Shown here: in pieces, positions 13,111 to 26,667 of the stretch
Layout: every line of letters begins with the position of its first letter
Position numbering within the stretch: position 1 is the first letter of the stretch
Source: Trichosphaerium sp. ATCC 40318
Lineage: Eukaryota; Protista; Tubulinea
NCBI GenBank assembly: GCA_038496445.1
Contig: JALMLS010000071.1
Span: 1-64,000, forward strand
Direction: 5' to 3'
Length of the DNA stretch: 64,000 nt
Program-made: the position numbers and the translations under genes
The notes under the pieces: generated by a model
Databases searched by the model: none
Seen by the model: only the letters and a program-made list of their open reading frames with translations
Told to the model about the DNA's origin: nothing

Positions 13111-14461
13111 TTTTTTAGTGATGAATACTGTATTGTTCGAATAAAGTAATCCATATTTTGGTTTATCAGTGTGAGTATGTAGTTTGCTTTAACAACTACC
13201 ACTGCTTTACTTACGTACTAGCTCCCATAATACAAACTCTTAGGGATGAAAAAGGTGTAGGTTCCAAGTAATAGCGAACTAAAACTTGGGATTATTGTTT
13301 ATCTTTTTTTTTAGTGCTAATCTGGGTCAACTCCGCACCAAAAGAAGGCACTACAACACTTGTTGAATTAGTACCTTAATCACAGCACTGTAGTGACACA
13401 GAGCATCCAAAAAGTATAGACACGTGCGGTATCTATGTTTTGAAGATGACAACGGTAATAATTGTGAACGTTTGATTAAATGACACAGTGAACCTTACGA
13501 ATAAATATCTAGTGATACATGATGTTAGTTCGATCCAGAGGTGAGTAGGGGATTGGTTTTTGAGATAATTCAAAAAAAGTAGCGTAAAAATTCAACAAGA
13601 GTATTGAAAGACTAAAGAGCACCAAATTACGCGATGCCGCTCACTTGGTATCGTGGTTGTTTACTCTTGAAGTTCCATTATCGCAAAAGCTCTAAACATT
13701 CACCAACTTGAGAGATCTACTATGAATTTACACTCTACACTCCACACAGGTGAAAACCAACCGCTTGATTGGTATTTTATTATAAAATTGCGCCAAACAC
13801 CGTTTTTGAGGTACTACACGCAATCTAATATCCGATTCTACACTGCACACCCATCAAGCAAAAGAGTTAGCTTTTGAAGTCATAGCAACCACATTTACAC
13901 TTAGTATTATGCTTATACACTCTCAACAATCAGGGAGTCCTTCAAAAAGCGGTTGGTAGCGTTTTAGGTCTTTTTTGACGGTTTTTACCGTAAACGCTGT
14001 GAAGTAAAATGCACCAACGGATTTTCAAGTACGGTTACTATTTGGTACAACCGGTGGATTGTTTTGAGAGAAATGAAAAGAACAAGAAGAAAATAATTTT
14101 CAATCTACAGCGTTTTTGCAACTAATCAATCAAACAAATTCTTCTTTACGCTATAGTAATACTACGGTTTTATTTGCGCTAAATAGTTGCTTTAGCATGT
14201 AAAAACACTGTGTGATTGGAGATTTCTTTAACGGCACCAAAAAACTGCACGCCTTGAAACTGTGCCGCTTTGATGGTTTCGTTTGATCGCTTTCATGATG
14301 TTAATTACGTAGTTGTTTGAAGTTTGTAAAAATCCAGTTAATCACTCTAGCCACCCCTTCAGAGAATGCGAGAACGGTTTGAATTAGGTTCATTGTGAAA
14401 ATTTAATAATTTTAAAATCAAAACTCAAAACTCACTAGAGTGTAGCAACTGCTTACATAAA

Positions 14462-15340
14462 ATGCCACACCAAACAACAAACAGCTCTTCTTCGTTGACA
14501 AGTACAGGTCCAATGTATAACGAACTCAACGCAGCACTTAATTACTTGAGTAAACGTCTACGAGAGGATGTATCTGAGGAAGAAAAAAAAGAGCTACGAA
14601 ATTTCTTAGTTCAGATCATTACCGACAGATTTGAGGGCCACTGGTACCCTGAAAATCCTTCTAAGGGCAACGGATACAGGTTCGTATCATGAATTCTGTT
14701 ACCTAATCACTTGTGTTTTTGCCCTTTTTAAGTGTAATCAATCAAACGATTTCAATCTAGACATTTATTTATTCAATCTAGATCAATCATGTATAATGGC
14801 GACAAGATTGATAAGGTTTTGCGTGATGCTGCTAAACAAGCGCACATACCAGGCGGGCTTACTCATAAATTGGTGCGTTTTTGGATTTACTTAAAATACT
14901 TAAAAATACATTTGTGATCGCTTACCTGCAAAAAAAAAAAGCAAACTCATGATAGATTGTACTTACGTTTCTATTTTTAGGGTGAAGATAACTTTGTACT
15001 ATGGATTGACCCTGGTTGTGTGAGCGTCAAGTACACAAGTGGCAAGTACAGACACCATGTACATACGCTATACCAAAAACCGTTTTCAACAAACACATCA
15101 ACAAAGAGTTACAAGAAACCAATAACAAAAACAAATGTACATAAGCCTTGGTCCACACATGGTGTTTGGATACCTCCCACAAACAAAACGTCAAATTTCT
15201 CACAAGGTGAACCAAAGAGACTATCGCCTAAGTGTTTGAGTGCAACTTCACAGGCGTTCTATCCTTCTAAAGGTCAAACATCACGTGATGTTACTTCTTG
15301 CAGGTCAGATGACAAGATTACGTTTCACACAGCTCCATAA
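14462..15340 (+). CDS. BTG/Tob family anti-proliferative protein, 3 exons
   Basis: ELNAALNYL, HWYPENPSKGNGYR (box A) and LWIDPGCVSVKY (box B). Confidence 0.92.
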
Positions 15341-15390
15341 CACAAGCGTGTAAAAATAAATGGAAAAAAACTTAATCATACTATAACCGT

Positions 15391-16560
15391 CTAGTTTATT
15401 CCAGTGTTCTTTTCTACAATTTCAAGCCCAGGTATAGCACACCGCATCGCATCCAATTGTTCTTGTGTAATATCATGATATTCATAATACCGCCTGTCTA
15501 TGACTCCAGGTGTACTGCCACAAAGAACAAAGGTGCGCAAGTTTGTTAGTGAAAATAAATACTTAATGCCAATATTTGATATTTTAATACAGTGAGACAA
15601 GTCCAAATGTTTTAGGTTGGTGAGAGTTCCATACAGCAATAAATCATCGTCAATCACTTCACAATTGAAAAGCATCAGAGATTCGAGAGAAGCTAGTTTG
15701 GAAAGACTAGACAGTTGCTTAATAAGCCATTTGGATTTTGCCTCCAAGTGCAACTTTTTCAGTGAGGTGAACTCTGCGAAAGCTCTGGCGGTTGTTGCCG
15801 CTCGTCCAAGAATTGTAAGCGATGTAAGTCTTTTCATACAAAAATGCAAAGGCTTGAAACCGCTATCCGTCAGAAACTGGTTCTTCTCAAATCCACGTGA
15901 TATCTCAAGTGTTAGCTCCTCCATGTTTGAAAGTGGAGCTAAGCCAGGTAATGTGCTATCACTAATGATGCAACCCCTCAACGAAAGTACCCTTAAATTG
16001 TGTAGAGCACCCAATGATACTAAGGTTCCAATGTTGGGGTATTGATATGTATGGTATTGTCCATCAGGTTCATCCTCGCATCCACCAATAAGTTCAAGTT
16101 TTTGTAAATTAGAAAAAAGAGATAGGCGCTTCAAGCCTGTAGAAGTAACGCCCATGGGTAATGAAAGACATGTCAGATTTGGAAAACTAGCCAAGTCCTC
16201 TATAAAATCATCTTTGAACCACGTGTAAGATGTAGATATATCACGTGTAAACTGGAGATTGTAAGATTCTTTCTGTTTTTTTTGGATGTTAAATGTCTCC
16301 AGGTACATGGGATGGTTTTTAAAAACCACAGTCGAAACTGTGTCGGTGTAAGGAAAGAGTTCAACATAACGCGAATCCTTTTTGTTATAGCTATAGTGAA
16401 AACCAATACAAACCGATGAAATCATTCTAGTGGAATACAAGAACCTGTGCCAGTTCGTAGATGTACAAGACAACCTCTTTTTATCGTACTCTGATAAAAA
16501 AGCTGCAATAATGTACCACTCGTCCGCACCAAGTATTTTAATTGCTAAGGGGTGTTCCAT
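15391..16560 (-). CDS. Intronless F-box-like / LRR protein (AMN1/FBXL-like)
   Basis: ILGADEWYIIAAFLS...LSCTSTNW F-box-like start, followed by LxxLxLxxC repeats (NLRVLSLRGC, NLKHLDLSHC). Confidence 0.85.
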   Translation of the reverse strand: MEHPLAIKILGADEWYIIAAFLSEYDKKRLSCTSTNWHRFLYSTRMISSVCIGFHYSYNKKDSRYVELFPYTDTVSTVVFKNHPMYLETFNIQKKQKESYNLQFTRDISTSYTWFKDDFIEDLASFPNLTCLSLPMGVTSTGLKRLSLFSNLQKLELIGGCEDEPDGQYHTYQYPNIGTLVSLGALHNLRVLSLRGCIISDSTLPGLAPLSNMEELTLEISRGFEKNQFLTDSGFKPLHFCMKRLTSLTILGRAATTARAFAEFTSLKKLHLEAKSKWLIKQLSSLSKLASLESLMLFNCEVIDDDLLLYGTLTNLKHLDLSHCIKISNIGIKYLFSLTNLRTFVLCGSTPGVIDRRYYEYHDITQEQLDAMRCAIPGLEIVEKNTGIN

Positions 16561-17523
16561 CTGCGCGTAGATTTGAGTATAGAAACAGTTTTGAAACGGA
16601 AGAATTCGTATGACGAAAGAACCTGTTTACTGAACGCTGTGTAACACAAGTATATTTACAGTAGCAACTTCTGAGGGGCCAGCAGTGTGGATTTAATGGT
16701 TATCATTATCACGTGTACTATCGCTTGTTGGCATGTGCTTTGTTCAACGTATTGTCGAACGACAACACATTGTCTGTGGTGGCTCTTTTTAACTCAACGC
16801 CGCTAAACTATGGTATTTGACTTGAAATGTCCTTTTTCTGTAGAAAACAACTTTACCGTTCTGTGTTTCAGAAGTTCTGGCAGCTCTCCGACCGCGTTTT
16901 CGTCTTAGTGGCGGTAGTGGGTGATTTCTGCTTGCTATCGTATAAACTGCTTCGGTTGGTTGCTTGTCTTTGTTGGATCAGTCCAGCTCGTTCAAACGCC
17001 TGAAATGTCTCACATTTCAGACATTACAATCAATCACTGTCTTTTACCTTCAACGGGAAAAGCTGTATCTCGATAGCTGTATCAATACAAACGAGACAAT
17101 AGTACTCAACCTCATACGGTTAAAGAAGAATGTTGTAGATGGCCAAGAAGAATAAAACCAGAGCTCTTACAGTTCACATAAAGATCCAGAAGCATCTCCT
17201 ACCATCAACGTGCCTACCCTTGATATCCTCAGCAAATAAATCAAAACGTGGCGATACATCGGATCTCCATCACCATGTTCAAAGTGTAAAAAGCAAGCTT
17301 TGGATAGAACAGTAAGTTCAGTTTTACAAAAAAGCAGCACCAAAGGAAGACGATGTTGACGGGTTCTGTATCAGCGCTCCTTTTGACGTTAATGCTGTAT
17401 CAGATTTAGTTCCTGTGATTGGATTGATACAAAGCGTTAAGATTTTTTTGATTTATTGTATGTTTCATTCAAGTTTTGAACTTGAACACCAAATACCAAC
17501 TCTTTATTGTCAAATACTTCAAA

Positions 17524-18949
17524 ATGTCACAACTCGTGCCTGTTACATGCATACTTCTCGTTTTACTTTCCCTTCACGTGATATGCGGTCCTCCTGATCT
17601 ATCTTTAGCGACAATACCTGTCGGTTACTACGGTGGTCAGAACGTAAGCCATAGATCAGAAGAAAGCCTTCACATGCTTGCAAAAATGCGTGTGATACTA
17701 ATAGAAAAGTGGGAAGGCCCGTGTTGGGATGAATGTATGGCAAATTCGACACACGACCCACCTATACCATGCCAAGCATCTTGTGGTGCTGATTTATATC
17801 AAGTAAGGACTATGAAGGAAGCACAGGCAATTAACCCTAAATTATCCATTGTTTTTTACTTAAACACGTTGTACGACTTTGGGTTCATTACAATACATCA
17901 AAAGGCATTAGATATAGGTGCTGATGTTGTAATGACTAATGGTAAACTGATGTCCATAAAGAATGATAACGGTATGCCTCATGTAAACACTTTCGATCAA
18001 GGAAAGAAAAAAACACGTGATATGTGGTTAAAGTTTTTGGCGGATAAAAAAGTAGATGGCGTTTTCCCTGATAAGACTTATATAAGAGCATTCTATAACG
18101 AATCTGAAGAATTTTGGTACGACGAGGAAGTTAAAACAACAGCTTTTTCTTTCGAACTTTCTGTCAACTTTTTCCTTTACCTTTTCTTTAATGCACGTGA
18201 TTTATTTGCGAGACAAGTCATGATTTTATTTCCTTTTGCTTAGAAGGATACGCATCGTCGCCCATTGGAGAGAAAAGACAAACTATATTCCAACTTTATC
18301 TTGCTATTTTGACATGCTTGTATCAATCTGCTAACAAATTTGTTTTCAGGCAATTATGCGAATCAAACAATGACATAAGTGATTGGGACGAATCTTGTGG
18401 AGAGATATCAGAAGCTGATGCTAAAGCATATAATGAAGGAAAAGATCTGTTGATGGATGGTATTTATAAATTATTCGGTAAGAATGGAGTTGTTTTCTTC
18501 AATACAACACGAACTGTTGGTACGAGAAATTATCAACCAGCGGAGATAATTGAAGGCGTAAAAAATGCTTTCAAAACGGGTGCTACTTATGTTTACTTGA
18601 CAGTACGTGAACGTTTTGGTCAACTTTTTTTGTTATTGCTTGTAATCTATCACGTGATTTTTTGTTTTGTTGATACTTACAAAAATGTGCTTAGCTCGCT
18701 GGGCATGAAGCAAGTGCGCAGCCTGGCTGGATTTGTTCTCAAAGGCATATCATTATGTTCTTGTTGGCAGTTGAAGAAGGATGTATTCTAGGATGTAATG
18801 GCTGGGATCCTCAATTTGATAAGCCTCTTGGAAATCCATTAGGACCAGCTACAGTCGAAGGAGATGTTTACACCCGTAAATTTGCTTCAGGAACATCTGT
18901 AACATGGAATACAAAGACAGACCAAGGCGAAATTAACTGGTCTTCCTAA
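17524..18949 (+). CDS. Secreted putative glycoside hydrolase (GHL15-like), 3 exons
   Basis: Signal peptide, AINPKLSIVFYLN, VDGVFPD, and C-terminal PLGNPLGPA...VYTRKFASGTSVTWN. Confidence 0.7.
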
Positions 18950-20407
18950 CTTGATAGTTCAATAAAAACAGAGTTGAAATGCAAGACCAAAACCCTGTTC
19001 TTTTGAAACAAGTACTTGAGCACTCGAATAAGTTGGCGTTGTACAACGCCATCGCTCAACCCATTATCAAAATGGTACTCTTGAGGTTCAGTTAGAAAAA
19101 TAACTACTTGTGCACCTCTATTTCAGTGTTGCATAAAAGCACTCATCCAGTGGTCAATGCAACCATTATAAGCACACAAATATCCACAAGGTTGGAATAC
19201 GCTCTTGACGTTGTCCATACAAATACAACAACCTCTTTTCGCGCTCCATTTTTATTAAGGTAAGGCAACGTAAGTTCACTTGTGCTTTCTACTCTGTTTA
19301 TCTTCTTTTTATATGACATCATCTGTCTTGTCTTCTACCACATTTACAGTAAATATATTAATAAATATATTGTGCTCCACAACCTGTAAAGATGGTTACT
19401 ACAAAGTCCACAAATTAAACATTCATTTTACATACCATTAACCTTCCATCGTTATGTGTAATCATGCCTGTTCTGGCCTTACTTACAACACCTCGTTGGC
19501 GAGTAAGGGCCATATACGAACGCGCTGCAACTAAAATGAAATAGATGCGTTCTGGTGGCCGCCAAAGACTAAGTAAAACAAACGAAATTTCGTAATTTCA
19601 GGTTAAGTGAATAAGTAAAACTTGAAAAACTTTTTAAACGTAGTGGCTGTACTACTATTTATATTTGTAAGCGTCACGATGTACGACGAATCAATTCCGT
19701 TTCAAACAGCTTATTCTTGCAAAGTAAGGCACGTCTACGATTAATACAGTGTATACATAGTTTTAATGTCATTTTGGAGTGGTTTAGTGACGTTTCAAGT
19801 AGGTAAACGTGTTCTTCCGTTGTACTTTGTGTTTGACGTAGAAAACAGTGAGAAGTGTAAGCATTGCAATAGAATTTGCATCTCAGAGCTCTTTTATCGT
19901 AGTCGATGACGTTTCGTGTCAAAAAACGTGATCTGTGGGGTTTTTTGTGTGATCGCTCTGTGACTGTTTTAATTATGTTTTTCAGCAGTACGCACTCATT
20001 AATATATGTTACTAGTTACAAAGCACGTTTTCACGCTCGTTAAAACTATTTCACCCGTTTTCGTTTAATTGGCCCTAATACATTACTGTGAAAACACGCA
20101 GTACTCAAATAAAGTCTGAAACTTCTTATTGGAGTGAGTTGCAAGTTTGTTTTCGTTTACTTGTGAGGTTGAATCTTTCTGTGGATATCCTTGAGTAAAC
20201 CAACGCCATACGCGTAGAAATAACTTCGTTAGTCTGCATACGACGTATACTACATGTTCAAGAAAATTGGTTTGTTCAGAAATGGAATTCGCCGTTGCAC
20301 TGCCCCAAACGCCTTTTTGTTAATGTAATATGATTATACTTACGCAATGGCGTGTATACAGATGGTTTGTAAGGATTTTGTGCCTTTTTGGAGTGTTTTA
20401 TAAATTG

Positions 20408-20925
20408 CTCAGCACAAAGTAAACCAATTTGAAAAACAGTTGCACGTCAAGTACTCCCGTTGGCAAGGCTTTGCTGTCAGAGGTTTTAGTGTAAACGGTA
20501 TTTTACTCAGCTCAACGTAAACCAATTCGAACCAAAGTCACAACTATCTGAATCACCATGGACAGGGCTACAGGTATTGTCTATCCCACAATTTTTTTTT
20601 GTTTGAGTTTCAGGTGTATAAAAGAAAACGAATATATCGTGTTATCGTATTTGTAAAAAAGTACCATGAGCACTTATCATGTAAAAATTCTGAAATGATC
20701 TCAATGCCCAAAATCTGTCTTGGATGCGCCAAAGCTATAATGACCCTGAAATAACTGACTAAGACCGTAACCTGGTAGCCATATCTTTTTGTGAAAAATC
20801 CTTTGGTGCCGTATCTATCTGACTTCCATGAAGGGGTTAGCCAGTGATTGATTCCGGCGCGTTGCAAATTACATAGCATCAAACCTTGATGATTTCGACC
20901 TAAGTATTCTCATAATTTTCTTACT
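20408..20925. repeat. Dispersed degenerate repeat; inverted copy at about 39482-39830
   Basis: Shared blocks include tactcagctcaacg-aa-c-aattcgaacca-agtcacaactatctgaatcac and, in reverse complement, ttttcacaaaaagatatggct and gattttgggcattgagatca. Confidence 0.85.
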
Positions 20926-21316
20926 TTTTGATACAATTTATCTAAAGTTACCAAACTTTTTTGGGTATTCTCGCTAAACTGCATACTTCTGGTACATGAT
21001 TGTTTGTTAAGTGGTATTTACACTAATAAAAACCTCCCTAAATATGAATACAGCATTGAAGTCTATTGTTTTGGTGAATTATCTTTGCTTGTTGGTACAC
21101 CTTTACTAAAGAATACACGTTTTACGATCTATTTTATTGCAAAGCAATAGTAGACAATGAGAACAATGCATTGGCGGGTGCACAAGAATTTACAAGAGGG
21201 CTACTTAATCAAAGGATATACACAAGAGTTGCTTATTAAATGAAGGCCCGCAAGCTATTGTAGTAATGAACGCTGGCCCTACCTTTGTTTTATGTAAGCA
21301 CTATTACTTTTGTGTT

Positions 21317-23433
21317 TTATTTATTGTAATTCTCATAGTTTGCTTGTTGCTTGTATAGATTATTGAGGCGCTGTTTTTCTTCATTGATAAGTTTCTCCAA
21401 CTTCTGTATCTTTAGTAAACTTGCTTGTTTCTCATCTTCAATTGTTTTCCAATCTTTGGCTTTATTGGCATGTGATTGAGGAGGCGTAGTTTCTAAAAGG
21501 ATTTAACTAGATTTAAAAAACAATAATTGTCACTTGACTCACCTTTTTTAATACAATCCGAAGGTTTCGTTGATGATTTGAACTGGTAGTAACCAGATGT
21601 GCCTTCAAACTCCTCACCGTCATCCTCTCCTGTCAGATCAATCTCAATTTCTTCTTCTGTATTAAATAAGAAAGGTAAGATAAGGCGTAAAATTGACAAC
21701 ATGTGATTACCATCGTTGTTATCTGTATCTATTTTGTGTACATGTTTGAAACTCTTGGCGTCAGATGAATCTTCTTTTGTTGGTGAGCTCTTCTTTTCTG
21801 TTTTAATTCGAGGTGTTTGTGGTTGTTCTTCATTTGAATCGATGTTGGTTGTACTTGGTGCTTGTACAGGAAGTATGTTTATGGTATCATCAAAAACTAT
21901 GCTAGGAGCATCTCCATCATTGCTTCTATGTTCAGCCTCATTTCCAAGGCTGATTTCGTTGTTTTTACGGTTTGCAAACCATGGGACATTAACAGAATAT
22001 TTATACTACAATCGGATTAAAAAAATTACTAACAAGAACACAACGCATATGTTTCGGGATATATACCTTGTACATTTGTACGGGGTTATATGAAGTAATG
22101 CCACAAGCACTGAAGTCTTTTCCATGCTTTAATTTGATGCATTAATGAGAAGATGTGTAAAGGAGATACATAAGATGACAGATCAACGATACCTTTGGTT
22201 TAAAGTTCTGTACAATTGATGGTCTTAAAATAAACTTTCTGTATCTAATTGTATTACTCTTTGCATTTCCCAAGTAATTGTGAATAGTTTGTCCTTTGTT
22301 AAATATCTTTTGTTTCACACCATTGACATTATCTTGGGTCTCAATCGCTATCTTATAATATTCTTGTAAAAAAAAACAAACAAAAAGAATTCACTCATCA
22401 GTTTGGTAATACCTGTTCCACTAAACCTCCCCAAGGCTGGCCATTTTTATCATTACCCTTGGTTATCTTAAGCCATTTTACTCGTCTGAAAGGAAGCATT
22501 TGAGCATCGCTACAAACCTTGGTTCCTGGAAGAAAGAAAATAGCTTAGAAATAAGCATAGAGTAGTAAAGTGTACCAGTTAAATCAGACTCCATTGCATA
22601 CTCAACTCCGCCGGCCACTTTTCCAACAATATATTCCTTGTGTTTTGGATCTTGTACAATAACAGCGTCACCTATTTTCATCTTGAAGAACAATGCACTA
22701 AACTTGTTTAGTTGGCAAGCTGAAGTGTAAAAAGAAAATGATTTGCAGCTGGACTCCTTTAACCATGTAGAGTCCCACATGTGTGAATGTTTCCTGTGTT
22801 TATTTTGGTGCATAGCAGATAAACGCCAGTAAATTAGATTGAAAAAAAGAAATCTCTAAGGAAAGAAGCTTACTTCATAGTTTTGTAATATCCACTGTCT
22901 CCACCTGGCATCAACTTAGTCATCACCCCAACCCTCTTATCATCCTTGACGGGCCTTATTTATAAGTTACAATTGAGCTTTGTTGTTTAAAAGAACTAAC
23001 GTAAGTTTATCCATCAATTCAACAATGTCAAGTGTTTCTTCTCCCCAAAAAGGTGTTACAAAACTAAAGAATAGTAAGCACCATTTTTGATACCAGAATG
23101 AACAAAAACGTGTTGTTAGATGCCACTTGTAAACCTTCAACAACAAATGCTCAGTGCCTCCATACACAAGTGCCCGTACAAACTAACATCAGAAGTGGTA
23201 ATACCTCGTGTTGAAGTGAAAGTATGGCTATTGTTGTAGCGTAAAACACCATAATGTGCGGGGTTTTTTTCGTACCCTTTGGCTTTAAACGATTCATATA
23301 CTTGTCTTGTCGTAAATGCTGATACAAAAACTTTCCAAAGTGGTGGATCTGGCTCTTTTTTCGCTTTTTTTCGCCCCTTACAGCAAGATGCTTTACGCTT
23401 TCGCTTTCTACACTTCGTTTTATTTGCGCTCAT
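21317..23433 (-). CDS. Multi-exon, probably nuclear protein with a basic N-terminus, a PUA/EVE-like domain and a C-terminal coiled coil
   Basis: KCRKRKRK...GRKKAKK NLS-like stretch; FFKMKIGDAVIV...YIVGKVAGGVEY...RRVKWL; acidic IEIDLTGEDD; coiled-coil end. Exon structure only partly resolved. Confidence 0.55.
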
Positions 23434-24046
23434 CGCTTAAATAAACCCTCTTGTTAACGTGTACTGGACCCAAGGACTCTTATCGTAAAATACTGTAAGG
23501 TATGAGTATTAAAACAAAGTAAACGACGCAAAAATATTCGCTATCTTTTTCTACTTTTTTCCATGAAGTGTTCTAATCGATTGGAGCGCTCATCTTAGAC
23601 ACGCAAGGGCTCGTTGCGTTCAGTAGGTGGTCTTGCTACAAACACATGTTTTGTGGTTTGACAGTGTTGAGTTTGCGATTGTGCAATGACAACTCGAAGT
23701 AGAGAACTCATAGTATCAACTAAAGAACATAGCCCTGGACCTCAACACGTCACAATTCTGTTGCCACCATATAATGCTCGTACTAATCGAAAAGCATGTT
23801 TTCTGTTCGAAAAACCAAATCACGCAATGACGAAACAACGCTTGCCGGAAACACGTGCTATTTTTTCAAAAAAGATAATACTTTGCTTTCAACTACACAT
23901 AATTTATGTATTGTCTTCTTTATTTGAATTATATGTAAAGTATCCAAGTTACATGTTACACAGTGTGTTTGCAGCTAAAAAGCGCAAAAAGGAGAGAAGA
24001 AAAGCTTCAACGGACGAAAGCATCTTCACACACCATTGAATCATAT

Positions 24047-26261
24047 CTAGATTCCACCAGCGAGTTTCTGGAGGCAGTAGTCTGCTCCTTGCTCTTGCCA
24101 CTCGTTCTTGTTGACCCTAACAACACTTAGAAAAAAAAAACACAAAACAAGGCTACTCCAAGAGGTCTTCAAACTTTAAAAGAACGTACCAAAATGAGTC
24201 TTTGTCTTTCATAATCTCAGCCAATACAGCACCGCCCAAAAATACCATGTGCTTACGACGAGGAGGATCTTCGATACGGCATTTAAATTTCTACAAACAC
24301 AAAAATAAGTTAGTCGTTGGTACCTCAAAATTCAAAAAAAAAAACACAACAACCCAAGTTCGTGAATTGAGGCTGAAATGGTGGAGAGGTTAAACGTACC
24401 CTAATAACATCAGGGTTACCCTTAGCACATCGTTCAGCGTAAAGTGAGCGAATATCTTTCTCTAATCGGGATGGAAGTCCAGGGTACATAGTGGAACCAC
24501 CAGAAAGTACAATGTGTTGGTAAAATTCAGGACGAGTATCCATATCAGCTTTCTACAAAAAAGGGTACCAAATTAATAAAAAAAATCCAAACAACAGCGT
24601 GACAAGTGCTTTTAAAGTCACAAGATTTTCTGGAGGTGTTTTTCTTTAATGTGTACCTGGATGCAGTTAAATACAGCTTCGGCCATTCCCATGCTCTCTA
24701 CGTCAACAAGACCAGGTTGGAATAATGCTTCTGGAGCCATGAAACGTTCGCGACCAACTTTGATGACACGACCGTCCGGAAGCTTTAAAAAAAAACCGCG
24801 TGAGTGATGTGAATTGTGAGATAAAGGAAGAAAAAGCGGTACAAGCGAAAAATCAAAAAAAAAAAGTCCGCAAGCGCAATCGAAAAACAAGGAAAAAAAT
24901 TATCAAGCGGGACATTGATTTGTTTAATGGGAAGTGAGGACTTTTGGGAAAAAAAACATCTGAATGGAAACGGCATTGTGACACGGCTTGTATGTAATAA
25001 AAATAAATAAATTACCTTGTACTGTTGTACGAGTGTTGTTGTCTCTTGAGCTAGTACATTCTCGAGCTTCAAATCGTAACTGTCAAGTAGTTTTAGTTTT
25101 CGGTTTAAAAAAGATTACAGTTTCGCTTTCTACATACCCTGCATAGCATACTTGTTCTTTAATTTGACGGACAGTCTCGAAATCAGCGGTTCTGTTGAAA
25201 GCGTAACTAACGCACAAAAATTAGCGTAAAAACATGCTAGAAAAACGCCATGGGTATCGGACAAACCAATGAGACTATTTAAAAAAAAAAAAGAATCACT
25301 TTCTGCCAAAACCCAACGATCAACAAAAAAAACATGACAGGCGCTACAAATGAGATGAACGTACCCGCGAAGTAGCAACAATTTGATCAAATATTTGGTT
25401 ACGTCACGTCCAGCCACATCAATACGTTGTGTAAGATGTGGAAGCGCAAAACCTTCGTATACAGGTACAACGTGTGTAACACCATCACCAGAATCGACGA
25501 CAACACCTGTCAAAAGACCTAGTGGTTTTTGAGTCGTTTTGTGTCGCTAAAAGCAGATGGTACAAGATCTTGGGCTAAATAAATAGAACTACGACGTACC
25601 TTGTGCGTATAGCGTCAAGATGGCTTGAATAGCGACGTAAGCGCTCTTGAAACCGTACTTTTCAAACATAACCTCAAGCATTTTTTTCCTGTTCTTTAGA
25701 GGATTGAGAGGTGGTTCTGTCAATAGGATTTTGCAATCCTCGCAGTTGATTTTGAGCTTTTCGTTAAAGGTGTAGTCCCATATGTGCAAGATATCGTCCC
25801 AGTTCCTTACAATACCATTATCTAGAGGATAACTGATTTGAAGCATAGAACGGAGCAAAGCAGCTTCATCACCGACCATAATGTCCTACAAAACGCGAGG
25901 CCGTGTCAGGTGTACAAATTACAAAACACCAAACAGGCTACCAAAACAAAACAGTTTTTTTTTTTTCGTTTTTGGTGTCAAGCCCTACAAAGAGGCTAAA
26001 CTGAACTCTATCGTTGTACCTTGATCTGAACGCCCTCTACTTTCTCTTCAGAACGAAGAATCGGACGTCCAACCATCGAAGGGAAAATTGCTGTGGGAAA
26101 GTTGGCTCCTGCGAACCCACATTTTACAAACTAATTTAATTTAGCATTTACAGCGCTTGTACAGCTGATCAGAGTTTGTGACGATTAAAAAACTTTTTCA
26201 CAGCTCCATAGGTGCTTACACCGGTTCCGTTATCACAAACGATCACGTTACGCGAGTCCAT
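24047..26261 (-). CDS. ARP2: Actin-related protein 2
   Basis: [103 protein letters not shown]. Confidence 0.97.
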
Positions 26262-26667
26262 TGTGTTTGTCGTTAGTTTGACTAAAAAAAGGGCAAAAGT
26301 TAAGTCACAAGTACAATTTATTCACTGGATCGCTCTGCAACTGATATACACAGAGTTTTAGGGTGGTTCACTATTATTATCGAACGTGTAGTATTGAACG
26401 ACTTTTTTTCAAAAGGAGAAGCGCTTCTAGCCTGTTTCAACAAAGCAAGTGGGAAATTGCGCTGAAGTCGCTTGTCTAGCGAAAACTGAGCGTAAATACT
26501 TTCACTCACGATCAAAAGCAGTACAACGCAACCCGTTACCACAAAACAAGGCGTCGGGTTCATTTTTTAACGCCCATAACGCAAGTCACCCAAAAAAAAT
26601 GTAACATTTTTCGTATTTGTACAAATGTGTTTGTTGCAATCACCAAACATAAAAAATCAAGCCATAT

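Noticed and set aside
13757-13957. 11-bp inverted repeat ACCAACCGCTT / AAGCGGTTGGT upstream of BTG
   Set aside because: Short enough to arise by chance, with no TSD or second copy.
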